49,241 nucleotides of DNA, from positions 1 through 49,241 of the forward strand of contig DASWBL010000057.1 in the NCBI GenBank assembly GCA_036390615.1. The letters are read 5' to 3'. Below are positions 9,131 to 17,999 of this stretch, in pieces. Below the pieces are notes generated by a model. That model was given only the letters and a program-made list of their open reading frames with translations. It was not told the DNA's origin and did not search any database. The translations under genes and the position numbers were made by a program. Within the stretch, counting starts at the first letter, position 1, and each line of letters starts with the position of its first letter. This DNA is from Steroidobacteraceae bacterium. GTDB lineage: Bacteria > Pseudomonadota > Gammaproteobacteria > Steroidobacterales > Steroidobacteraceae.

Positions 9131-10497
9131 CAGATAATCTCGAAATACCGCGCCAGCTCCCAGTCCGTCACAGCGCGTTGGAACTGCCGTTCCTCCCACT
9201 CGCGGCTGGCTGCAAAATGAGCGACGAACGGTGCGCCAAATAATTCCTGCGCGGCTTTGGAATGCGCGAGTCGACCTGCTGCCTCACTCAGCGTCCGTGG
9301 CAGCTGTCGCTTAGCGGGCATTTTGCGTTCGTACGCGTTGCCGGTAATCGGCTCGTCCGGTTCAATCCTGTGCTCGATGCCCCACAGACCTGAACCGATT
9401 GCTACTGCAATTGCCAGATAGGGGTTGATGTCGGCGGCCGCGATGCGATATTCCACGCGCTGGCTCTTGCGGCCTCCCTGGATTACCCGCAGGGCACAGG
9501 TGCGGTTTTCAATGCCCCAAGTGGCCGATGTCGGGGCCCAGAATCCTGGCACCAGTCGCGAGTAACTGTTGACCGTCGAGGCCACCATTGCGAGCAACTC
9601 CGGCATCAGCTGCTGTTGGCCGCCTACAAACCACCGCAGCTCGTCGGAGATTGCGCCCGGTTTGCCTTCATCGTGAAACGCGGCCGAACCATCTTTGCGG
9701 ACCATTGACACATGCAGGTGGCCGCTTTGGCCGGGAAGCTTTTCGGACCACTTGGCCATAAAGGTCGCCATCAGGCCGCGACGCTGCGCGAAGACCTTGG
9801 CAAAAGTCTTGAACAGCGCAGCGCGGTCGGCCGCCTCCAGCGCTTCGGTGTAGTGCAGTGCCGCTTCGATAACGCCGGGGCCAGTTTCGGTATGCAGGCC
9901 TTCGATCGGCATCCGCATGTCGGTGGCCAGCTGCAGCAACGCTTGGTAAAGTTCAGCGTGCACGGAGCTACGCAACACCGAATACCCAAAGTATCCGGGC
10001 GTCATATTTTTGAGCCCGCGATAGCCTTTCTCGCGCACGCTGTCGGGTGTCTCGTTAAAAAGGAAGAACTCGTATTCGGCCGCCGCTGATGCAGCGTAGC
10101 CCATATCAGCAGCGCGCTTAATCACACGTCGCAGTGTTGCGCGCGGACAGACGTCTTCGGCGGTGCCTGTGAATTCTCCCAGGAAGAGCAGCATGTTGCC
10201 TTCGAAGGGCAATGCCCGGCAGGTCTCCGGTAATAAACGGACCTGTGCATCGGGAAAGGCCGTGTGCCAGCCGGTGAAAGTAATATTGTCGTATTGTTGG
10301 TCGTTCGAGTCCCAGCCCAACACGACATCGCAAAAGGCAATGCCTTTATCGAGCGCAGTAAAGAATTTCTCCCGGTCAATGTATTTGCCACGCAGAATCC
10401 CGTCGTTGTCGAAGATTCCGACTTTTACGTGCTGCAGATTGCGCTCCTGGACAATGGCGCGGGCCTGTGCAGTCGTACGCACCTCATCAGGCTGCAT
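9130..10497 (-). CDS. Glutamine-synthetase-family protein, gamma-glutamyl-amine ligase type (PuuA/GlnA4/IpuC-like)
   Basis: 455 aa with a GS beta-grasp N-terminus (HVKVGIFDNDGILRGKYI) and a catalytic-domain block (GQSGHLHVSM, NSYSRLVPGFWAP, RVEYRIAAADINPYLA). It sits first in a coupled trio with ALDH and Fe-ADH, the context seen for gamma-glutamylation pathways rather than housekeeping glnA. Confidence 0.8.
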   Translation of the reverse strand: MQPDEVRTTAQARAIVQERNLQHVKVGIFDNDGILRGKYIDREKFFTALDKGIAFCDVVLGWDSNDQQYDNITFTGWHTAFPDAQVRLLPETCRALPFEGNMLLFLGEFTGTAEDVCPRATLRRVIKRAADMGYAASAAAEYEFFLFNETPDSVREKGYRGLKNMTPGYFGYSVLRSSVHAELYQALLQLATDMRMPIEGLHTETGPGVIEAALHYTEALEAADRAALFKTFAKVFAQRRGLMATFMAKWSEKLPGQSGHLHVSMVRKDGSAAFHDEGKPGAISDELRWFVGGQQQLMPELLAMVASTVNSYSRLVPGFWAPTSATWGIENRTCALRVIQGGRKSQRVEYRIAAADINPYLAIAVAIGSGLWGIEHRIEPDEPITGNAYERKMPAKRQLPRTLSEAAGRLAHSKAAQELFGAPFVAHFAASREWEERQFQRAVTDWELARYFEII

Positions 10498-10627
10498 GCA
10501 TCTGGCTCCTTAAATGATGGCGGTTCCTGCGTTTTGAGTACACGCGGCTCGCCGTAGCGATTTGCCAAATACCTGAAGGGCAAATATCCGCCAATGAACC
10601 TGGTCTGGCAATATGCAAAGACTCCGC

Positions 10628-11419
10628 TTACTCAGGGGATGCCAATATCGCGACGGCCTGTTCCCACAGAGCATCGGTTGCCGCCGCCACAACCCGACCG
10701 TCGGAGCCTGCTCCGAGCGGCTTTCCATGCCAGTCGCTGAATTTTCCACCGGCGCCCTGGACCACAGGAATGAGCGCCTGAAAGTCGTGCGGCTTAAGCG
10801 CTGCCTCAATGACCAAGTCGCAGTGCCCCGAAGCCAGCATGCCGTAGAGATAACAATCCCCGCCAAAGCGGCGCAATGCGGCCCGGCTCGTTAGCCGGTC
10901 AAATCGCTGGCGATCCGCCGGGGCAAACGTGTCGGCCGTCGTGGCATAGACCCGGGCTTCTTCGATATTCCGGCAATTACTAGAGCGTACCGCGGCGCCG
11001 TTAAACTGGGTCGGCAGACCCTCACATCCTACCCAGCGCTCATTCAGGGCGGGCGCCTCTATAATCCCGAGTACTGCCTTGTCGCCGAATAGTAAAGCGA
11101 TAAGTGATCCAAAGACGGGAAAGCCGGTGATGAAGCTTTTTGTGCCGTCGATTGGATCAAGAACCCAGGTAAATTCCCCGCCGGCTTCGGCCGCGAATTC
11201 CTCTCCCTTTATGCCGTGCGCCGGAAAAGCGGCGCGGATCATGCGACGCATCTCGGTCTCGATGGTACGGTCCGCAATTGTGACCGGGCTGCGGTCGCTT
11301 TTCCTTTCAACAGCGAGCGGCATGCGAAAGTAGCGGCGGGCGATTTCACGGGCTATATCAGCGAGCTGCCCGGACAATTCCAAGGCCTTGGGAAAATCCG
11401 GGTGCTCAGCGAAACCCAT
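10628..11419 (-). CDS. Inositol-monophosphatase-family phosphatase (HisN/SuhB-like)
   Basis: It has the IMPase signature WVLDPIDGTKSF and the upstream motif SPVTIADRTIE. I place the start at the ATG at 11419 (MGFAEHPDF). The extension to 11515 would run antisense into the divergent kinase gene. Confidence 0.8.
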   Translation of the reverse strand: MGFAEHPDFPKALELSGQLADIAREIARRYFRMPLAVERKSDRSPVTIADRTIETEMRRMIRAAFPAHGIKGEEFAAEAGGEFTWVLDPIDGTKSFITGFPVFGSLIALLFGDKAVLGIIEAPALNERWVGCEGLPTQFNGAAVRSSNCRNIEEARVYATTADTFAPADRQRFDRLTSRAALRRFGGDCYLYGMLASGHCDLVIEAALKPHDFQALIPVVQGAGGKFSDWHGKPLGAGSDGRVVAAATDALWEQAVAILASPE

Positions 11420-11428
11420 AGACCTGAG

Positions 11429-11434
11429 TATAAT
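11429..11434 (+). promoter_or_regulatory. Candidate -10 box (TATAAT) for the kinase-DMGDH-BHMT operon
   Basis: A perfect TATAAT lies 30 nt upstream of the ATG at 11464, inside the 44-bp divergent gap. GGAAGG at 11453-11458 is a plausible RBS. No convincing -35 box was seen. Confidence 0.3.
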
Positions 11435-11463
11435 CAGCAGCCACCTGCTGCGGGAAGGCCAGA

Positions 11464-12357
11464 ATGGCGGATAAGGACGTCTTAGAGACCATCGCCGCGC
11501 TTCCGTGCTGGTCATCGCCGATCGAAGTCCATGCTCTGGTCGGTGGTCTCACCAACCGCAATTTTCGAGTTAACGACCGAGACCGGCAGTCATTCGTCGT
11601 TCGCATCGGACACGATATTCCCGAACATGGGGTGATGCGATTCAATGAGCTGGCGTCGGCACGCGCCGCATACGCGGCCGGCATCACCCCAGAGGTGATA
11701 TACGCCAGCAAAGGCATTCTGGTCAGTCGCTTTATAGAGGGTTCCGTGCTGACGCCCGCGCACGTGCGCGATCCGCAAATGCTCGAACGCATTGTCGCGC
11801 TGCTGCAGCGTTGTCACCGCGAAGTTGCGCAGCACTTTCAAGGTCCGGCGCTGATCTTCTGGGTATTTCAGGTGATCCGCGGTTACTTAACGGTGGTTGA
11901 GGCGCGCGGCGGCGGCCCGACCGGTCCCGAGCTCAAGGTAATGGCCGCTCGGGCAGCGCGGCTTGAGCAAGCCGTGGGCCCGGTGCGGATTGTATTTGCC
12001 CATAACGACCTGCTCGCAGCCAATCTAATAGATGACGGTAAACGACTTTGGCTGATCGACTGGGACTATGCTGGTTTTAACAGTCCGTTGTTTGATCTTG
12101 CCAATTTATCTACTAACAACGAGCTGTCGCCGGATCTTCAGGAGGCGATGCTCAATCAATACTTCTGCGAGCCGATCAACCCCGACGTGCGCCGTGGTTT
12201 CGCTGCAATGCAATGTGCCTCATTGTTGCGCGAGACTTTATGGGCGGCGGTTTATGGGCTCACATCGACCATAGCCTTCAATTACCGCAGTTACGGTGAC
12301 AACTACCAAAAGCGATTCGAGCGCAACTGGCTGGAGTTCGAGCAGCACTATGGGTGA
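11464..12357 (+). CDS. Choline/ethanolamine-kinase-family (APH-fold) small-molecule kinase
   Basis: 297 aa with the N-terminal motif LVGGLTNRNFRV and a Brenner/catalytic-loop block FAHNDLLAANLIDDGKRLWLIDWDYAGFNSPLFDLANL. Its stop overlaps the next gene's start by 8 nt (ATGGGTGA at 12350-12357). Confidence 0.72.
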   Translation: MADKDVLETIAALPCWSSPIEVHALVGGLTNRNFRVNDRDRQSFVVRIGHDIPEHGVMRFNELASARAAYAAGITPEVIYASKGILVSRFIEGSVLTPAHVRDPQMLERIVALLQRCHREVAQHFQGPALIFWVFQVIRGYLTVVEARGGGPTGPELKVMAARAARLEQAVGPVRIVFAHNDLLAANLIDDGKRLWLIDWDYAGFNSPLFDLANLSTNNELSPDLQEAMLNQYFCEPINPDVRRGFAAMQCASLLRETLWAAVYGLTSTIAFNYRSYGDNYQKRFERNWLEFEQHYG

Positions 12358-14794
12358 TTTTCCGGCACAAGCGCGCGCCGTAGTGATCGGCGGGGGCATT
12401 GTCGGTTGCTCCACAGCCTACCATCTGGCGAAGCTCGGCTGGACTGACACGCTCCTGGTTGAGCGTCATAAGCTGACTTCCGGTTCGACTCATCACGCCG
12501 CCGGGCTGGTCGGGCAATTACGTACCAGCGCTAATATTACGCAGCTGCTGGGATATTCGGTGGCTTTGTATAAGTCCCTGGAAGCGGAGACCGGCCTCGC
12601 CAGTGGTTGGAAGATGAACGGCGGCCTGCGTCTGGCGTGCAATGAATCGCGCTGGATTGAACTGAAGCGCCAGGCAACCAGCGCGCGCTCATTCGGTCTC
12701 GATATGCACTTGCTCTCGCCGCGCGAGGCGCGACAGTTGTGGCCGCTAATGGAAATCTCCGATCTGGTCGGCGCCGCGTTTCTGCCGACGGATGGTCAAG
12801 TCAATCCAAGTGACATTACCCTGTCGCTGGCGAAGGGGGCCCGCCAACGCGGCGTCAAGCTACTTGAGAACACGAACGTACTTGGCATCGAACTCGAACA
12901 TGGCCGCGTCACAGCGGTGCTGACTTCGCGAGGGCGCGTGGCATGCGATGTCGTTGTGAATTGTGCCGGCCAGTGGGCACGACAGATCGGTCTGCTGGCC
13001 GGAGTCAACGTGCCGCTGGTTTCGGTGCAACATCAATACCTTATTACCGACGCCATTCCGGGTGTGACGCCAGGCCTGCCGACGCTGCGCGACCCTGATC
13101 GCCTAACGTACTTTAAGGAAGACGTCGGCGGCCTAGTGATGGGTGGTTATGAGCCTAATCCTCGGCCCTGGGCGGTCGCGGGGTTCCCGGAAAATTTCAA
13201 TTTCCAGCTGCTGCCGGGTGATTGGGATCACTTCCAGCCGATGCTCAATCAGGCTATGACCCGTGTGCCCGCTCTCTCGCAAGCGGGTGTAAAGGAGCTT
13301 ATCAATGGGCCGGAGAGCTTTACGTCGGACGGTAACTTCATAATCGGACCCGCGACCGAAGTCAGCGGGTTTTATGTCGGTGCGGGATTTAACGCCTTTG
13401 GTATAGCTTCCGGAGGCGGGGCGGGGCAGGTACTGGCCCAGTGGGTCGCGGACGGTGAAGCGCCCTGCGATTTATGGCCGGTCGACTTCCGGCGCTTCGG
13501 GCCACCGCATGGAGACATCAATTGGGTGCGGGCTCGATCGCTCGAACTGTACGGTAAGCATTACTCGATCGCATGGCCCGGGGAAGAACATGCTGAGGGA
13601 AGATTGTGGCGGCGCTCGCCCCTTTACGAGCGACTGCAGGCTCACGGCGCCGTGTTCGGCGAAAAAATGGGATGGGAACGACCAAACTGGTTTGCCGCCG
13701 CCGGCGAATTAGCCAGCGATGAATACGGCTACACGCGACCAAACTGGTTCGTGGCGATGGCACGGGAACACGAGGCGACTCGCGAGCGGGTAGCCGTATT
13801 TGATCAGACCTCATTTGCGAAATTTCGACTCGCCGGTAAGGACGCGGAGCAGGCTCTAAGCTGGATATGCGCCAATGATGTGGCGCGACCGGTGGGATGC
13901 ATTACCTATACGCAGATGCTTAATCACCGCGGCGGCATTGAATGTGACCTGACGGTGGCGCGACTCGCTGCTGACGATTTTTATATCGTGACGGGTACCG
14001 GCTTCCTGACGCATGATTTCGATTGGATCAAACGGCAGTTACCCGTCGGACTCGATGTCCGGCTGACCGATGAGACCCTGCGTTACGCAGTGCTAGCACT
14101 TATGGGACCGCAGGCCCGATCGGTATTGGAGCGTTTGACGCGCGACGATGTCAGCAATGCAGCGTTTCCTTTTGGCCAAGCGCGCAGGTTGCATGTAGCC
14201 GACGTACCGTTGTTGGCGCTACGAATTACCTACGTGGGCGAGCTCGGCTGGGAACTCCATCTGCCGGTCGAGGAGGCGGCGACTGTCTACGAAGCCCTGA
14301 TGCACGCCGGTGCAGAGGTTGGCATTGCCAATGCCGGCTATCGGGCCATTGAGAGCCTGCGGCTCGAGAAGGCCTATCGTGCTTGGGGAGCTGATATCGG
14401 TCCCGATTACACGCCGCTGGAAGCCGGATTGAGCTGGGCCGTCAAGCTCAAATCCAAAATCCCGTTTCTGGGTCGCGAGTCGCTTGAAAAGCAGGCACGC
14501 GGGCCTCTTGTGAAATGGCTATGTGGATTTTCAACCGTTGATCCTGCAGTGATGCTGCTTGGCCGCGAGACCATTTATCGTGACGGCGAACGCGTAGGGT
14601 GGCTCGGAAGCGGTGGCTTCGGTCACACGCTAAAGACTAATATCGGCTACGGTTACGTGCGACAGCCGGGGGGCGTTAGCCGCGAGTACCTGTTGGCTGG
14701 ACATTACGAACTAGATGTGGCGACTGAGCGGATTCCGTGCCGCCTTCACTTGTCGCCGTTATACGACCCAAAGATGGAGCGAGTGCGGTCATGA
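12350..14794 (+). CDS. Dimethylglycine/sarcosine-dehydrogenase-like flavoprotein with a C-terminal GcvT (folate-binding aminomethyltransferase) domain
   Basis: It has the dinucleotide fold AVVIGGGIVGCSTAYHLAKLGW and the covalent-FAD histidine context LTSGSTHHAAGLVGQL. The C-terminal half is GcvT-like (VAVFDQTSFAKFRLAGKDA, RITYVGELGWELH, AGYRAIESLRLEKAY). I place the start at the ATG at 12350 (MGDFPAQ). Confidence 0.88.
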   Translation: MGDFPAQARAVVIGGGIVGCSTAYHLAKLGWTDTLLVERHKLTSGSTHHAAGLVGQLRTSANITQLLGYSVALYKSLEAETGLASGWKMNGGLRLACNESRWIELKRQATSARSFGLDMHLLSPREARQLWPLMEISDLVGAAFLPTDGQVNPSDITLSLAKGARQRGVKLLENTNVLGIELEHGRVTAVLTSRGRVACDVVVNCAGQWARQIGLLAGVNVPLVSVQHQYLITDAIPGVTPGLPTLRDPDRLTYFKEDVGGLVMGGYEPNPRPWAVAGFPENFNFQLLPGDWDHFQPMLNQAMTRVPALSQAGVKELINGPESFTSDGNFIIGPATEVSGFYVGAGFNAFGIASGGGAGQVLAQWVADGEAPCDLWPVDFRRFGPPHGDINWVRARSLELYGKHYSIAWPGEEHAEGRLWRRSPLYERLQAHGAVFGEKMGWERPNWFAAAGELASDEYGYTRPNWFVAMAREHEATRERVAVFDQTSFAKFRLAGKDAEQALSWICANDVARPVGCITYTQMLNHRGGIECDLTVARLAADDFYIVTGTGFLTHDFDWIKRQLPVGLDVRLTDETLRYAVLALMGPQARSVLERLTRDDVSNAAFPFGQARRLHVADVPLLALRITYVGELGWELHLPVEEAATVYEALMHAGAEVGIANAGYRAIESLRLEKAYRAWGADIGPDYTPLEAGLSWAVKLKSKIPFLGRESLEKQARGPLVKWLCGFSTVDPAVMLLGRETIYRDGERVGWLGSGGFGHTLKTNIGYGYVRQPGGVSREYLLAGHYELDVATERIPCRLHLSPLYDPKMERVRS

Positions 14795-14893
14795 ATGAGT
14801 CCGGCTGGGAGAATTAAGTTTTCGCATTTGTAATCGGATCCACACATAAATCCGGTCATCATTGCTGCTGGGAAATAATAATTGGAGACCGCA

Positions 14894-15970
14894 ATGAGCA
14901 CGCGCACCAAAAAAACGGCCACGCCAGCACGCCAGCCGGCGGGCCGCGATTTGTTGAGCCGATTGACAGATGGCGCCGTCATCTGCGCGGAAGGTTATGT
15001 TTTTGAACTGGAGCGACGTGGTTATCTGCAGGCCGGCGCTTTTGTGCCGGTCGTTTTGACAGAGCACCCGGAAGTGGTTGAACAGCTGCATATGGACTTT
15101 GTGCGCGCTGGATCGGACGTCACGCTGGCGCTGACTTACTATGCGCATCGCGAGAAGCTGCGAGTCATCGGTCGTGAAAAGGACTTGCTGCCGATGAATC
15201 GCAAGGCACTTGCGATCGCGAAGAAAGTTGCACGCAAAACTGACACGCTCTTCGCGGGCGACATCTGCAATACCAATATCTATGACCCGTCTGACCGCAA
15301 AGCGCTTAAGGACGTGGCAAGAATATTCGAGGAGCAAGTCGGTTGGGCGGCTGATGCGGGCGTCGATTACATCGTTGCGGAGACTTATTCGTGGGGCGGC
15401 GAAGCATTGATGGCGCTCGAGGCGATCAAGAAGTACTCCAAGGTCCCTGCCGTAATCACGATCACCCAGCATCGAGAGGAAACGACGCGAGAAGGCTGGA
15501 GCATTGCGGAAGCCTGCCAGCGGCTTGAGGCGGCCGGCGCCGACGTCGTTGGCCTTAATTGCCATCGTGGCCCGCGTACTATTATGCCTGCGCTCAAGCA
15601 GATCCGCGCAACGGTCCAATGTCCTGTCGCTGCCCTGCCGGTACCCTATCGAACTACGTCCGATCAACCTTCCTTTATGTCGTTGACTGACCCGTGTTGC
15701 GGGAATGTGCGAGCCTTTCCAGTTGGGCTGGATCCGTTCGTCTGCACGCGCCATGAAATTTACGAGTTCGGCAAAGACGCCTATGCGTTAGGCGTTCGCT
15801 ATCTAGGCGTTTGCTGCGGTGCCGGTCCGCACCACATCCGGGCGTTGGCAGAGGCGTTGGGCCGCCACCCAGCGGCGAGTGAGTACTCGGCGGATATGTC
15901 TAAGCACGCCTATTTCGGGACAAATCGGCGCATCAGGTCCGTGCAGCGGGAGTATCGGGACAAGCTTTGA
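14894..15970 (+). CDS. Homocysteine S-methyltransferase-domain protein, betaine-homocysteine methyltransferase-like
   Basis: PF02574-like N-terminus (VICAEGYVFELERRGYLQAGAFVPVVLTEHPEVVEQLHMDFVRAGSDV). Zn-ligand cysteines appear at VGLNCHRGP and YLGVCCGAGPHHIRALAEAL. The ATG at 14894 is preceded by GGAGA; an in-frame ATG at 14882 is the alternative start. Confidence 0.78.
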   Translation: MSTRTKKTATPARQPAGRDLLSRLTDGAVICAEGYVFELERRGYLQAGAFVPVVLTEHPEVVEQLHMDFVRAGSDVTLALTYYAHREKLRVIGREKDLLPMNRKALAIAKKVARKTDTLFAGDICNTNIYDPSDRKALKDVARIFEEQVGWAADAGVDYIVAETYSWGGEALMALEAIKKYSKVPAVITITQHREETTREGWSIAEACQRLEAAGADVVGLNCHRGPRTIMPALKQIRATVQCPVAALPVPYRTTSDQPSFMSLTDPCCGNVRAFPVGLDPFVCTRHEIYEFGKDAYALGVRYLGVCCGAGPHHIRALAEALGRHPAASEYSADMSKHAYFGTNRRIRSVQREYRDKL

Positions 15971-16093
15971 CGCCGCGGAAAGTCGCCGCCGATCGCGAAT
16001 GGCAATGTGTAAAAAACCACGCTGTTCGTCAGCTCTACTCAGTTTCCAGCTAACAATTCCGCGAAGACTGCATCGCTTAACGCTTATTAGGCG

Positions 16094-17656
16094 CTAATCT
16101 GGATTTTTGCCGAGTGCCGCTTCGGCCGCCGCGATTGCGGCCTGTCGCGCTACAATAACCCCGCCTACCGGCGGCCCTTTGAAGCGTCGCTGCTCAAAAA
16201 CAAACCAAATAATTGCCGTCACCACCAGAAAGCCGATTGTAAAATTGAGCGCAAGCTCATTGGGTGGCTGGACGCCGACAATCAGGATCAGCGCCATTGA
16301 AGCGATCGCGAGCACGGCGGCAATCGAATAGCCCGCTCGGCCTATGTTCCAGGGACCCATGTGCGGCCATTTTGGCCCTCCAAACGCAGTTAGTCCGGCT
16401 GCAATGGGTACCGCGTACGATAAGAACATGAAGATTACGGTGCAAGACACTACCACTGTGTAGACCGGAGTACCTTTGGCTTCGCACCATTTCGCGCCCA
16501 ACACGAATAGCAACGAGAGCCCGGCGGTCGTCCAGATCGCCGCAAGTGGTGTGCGGTGTCGCGGCGATACCTTGGCTAAATGCTTTGATGCCGGAAGTCC
16601 ACCATCGCGAGCGAACGCATAGATCATCCGCGAGGCCGAGGTCACAGTCGCCAGACCGCACAGCAGCTGCGCCAAGAAGATCAGGCCGTACAAAATATTG
16701 CGCGTTGCAAGTGGTACGCGCTGCTCCATTGCCCAGAAAAAAACGCTCCAGCCTTGCTTGGCCGCCTCCTCCATATTGGGAATCATTAGAAGAAATGCAA
16801 CTAGAAATAAATAGCCAAATGCGCCTGACCAGAGGATGGAGGAGAGTAGAGCGCGGGGGACGGCCAGCGTCGCGTGCTTAGTTTCCTCCGATGTGTGAAC
16901 CGAGGCGTCATATCCGGTTATGGTGTAGATAGGCAGGAGCAGACCCAGCAGAAACGCCCAGCCCAGGGACACGCGCGGCCAGACGTCGCCGCCACTGGGC
17001 CCCGAGTAGTTCGAAAATCGCCACAGACGCGTCAGATCAAAATGACTGGTATAAGTAAGGCAAACGATTGCGAGCAATAGCGAGGTCCCGAAGATCAGGT
17101 AGCCGGAGAAGTCGGTCAGCCGGGCTGTTGCCGAAATTCCGTACGCGTTGATCAGCGCCTGCAGCAATGTGACCCCGCCCAAGTAGATAACCAGGCCCGG
17201 AATTGAATCGGTTAAGTGCAATTCCGGTCCAAAGGCGCCAATTAAGAAGAAATAGCTGCCAACGTTTATGGCCCCGAGCACGGTTACCAAGCCCAACAGG
17301 TTGAACCAGGCGGTGAGCCAGCCCGTGAACCGGTTGCCGAGAATTGAACCCCAATGATAGAGCCCCCCCGCGGTCGGGAAAGCCGACGCAATTTGCGCCA
17401 TCGACAGGCCAAAGCACGCGGAGAGCAGTACTCCGAGAGGCCAGCCAAGGCCAATGGCGGCACCGCCTACACCACTGGTGGCCTGGGCCAGCGAGGTAAT
17501 GCCGCCGGCAAGAATGCAGATAATGGAAAATGAGATGGCGAAGTTCGAGAAGCGGCTGAGCCGGCGCGCCAGCTCCTGCGCGTAGCCAAGGCTATGCAGC
17601 ACCTTGACGTCATCATCCAAGGATGGAACTGCGACGGTCCGTTCAGTGACTGCCAT
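16094..17656 (-). CDS. APC-superfamily amino acid/choline/ethanolamine-type permease
   Basis: 520 aa with about 12 TM segments. The N-terminal block YAQELARRLSRFSNFAISFSIICILAGGITS is typical of the PF13520 (AA_permease_2) group that contains GABA, choline and ethanolamine carriers. It is convergent with the BHMT-like gene. Confidence 0.82.
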   Translation of the reverse strand: MAVTERTVAVPSLDDDVKVLHSLGYAQELARRLSRFSNFAISFSIICILAGGITSLAQATSGVGGAAIGLGWPLGVLLSACFGLSMAQIASAFPTAGGLYHWGSILGNRFTGWLTAWFNLLGLVTVLGAINVGSYFFLIGAFGPELHLTDSIPGLVIYLGGVTLLQALINAYGISATARLTDFSGYLIFGTSLLLAIVCLTYTSHFDLTRLWRFSNYSGPSGGDVWPRVSLGWAFLLGLLLPIYTITGYDASVHTSEETKHATLAVPRALLSSILWSGAFGYLFLVAFLLMIPNMEEAAKQGWSVFFWAMEQRVPLATRNILYGLIFLAQLLCGLATVTSASRMIYAFARDGGLPASKHLAKVSPRHRTPLAAIWTTAGLSLLFVLGAKWCEAKGTPVYTVVVSCTVIFMFLSYAVPIAAGLTAFGGPKWPHMGPWNIGRAGYSIAAVLAIASMALILIVGVQPPNELALNFTIGFLVVTAIIWFVFEQRRFKGPPVGGVIVARQAAIAAAEAALGKNPD

Positions 17657-17999
17657 GCCGGGGCCCCCGTACGGACAGTTTGCCAGAGTTGCGCTAATAA
17701 TTCGCCCGGGGCCGGATTCTGGACGGGCCAGTGAATTGCGCGACGGCCAGGATCCTATGTCAGAACACGGCGCGACATTTGGGTCTCACACGGTAAAAAA
17801 GAAGGCAAGTCTCTATATAGGCCCGCCTTTGATTTCAAGGTTGCCGCCCGCGGTAGTCTGCCCGGGGCGGCGGTCCGTCGGAATCAGAAGAACCTGGCTT
17901 GGTCTGCACCGCTGCAGTGAGTAGTTATGTGTGTCCTACCTAAGCGGTGCGGCCCTAGCGCAGCGATCCGGCAGACCTGTGACGATTTACAAATCCCAT

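Noticed and set aside
9131-9199. N-terminal extension of the ALDH ORF (start at 9199)
   Set aside because: It would overlap the GS-like gene by 70 nt. The internal ATG at 9130 gives a normal ALDH N-terminus and a stop/start junction. Similar reasoning was applied to 11420-11515 (IMPase), 12296-12349 (DMGDH-like) and 46159-46263 (kup).
14789-15754. 321-aa minus-strand ORF overlapping the BHMT-like gene
   Set aside because: It lies fully antisense to a plus-strand gene with clear domain motifs and Zn ligands. The product is Arg/Ser-rich with no recognisable motif, which is typical of shadow ORFs in GC-rich DNA.
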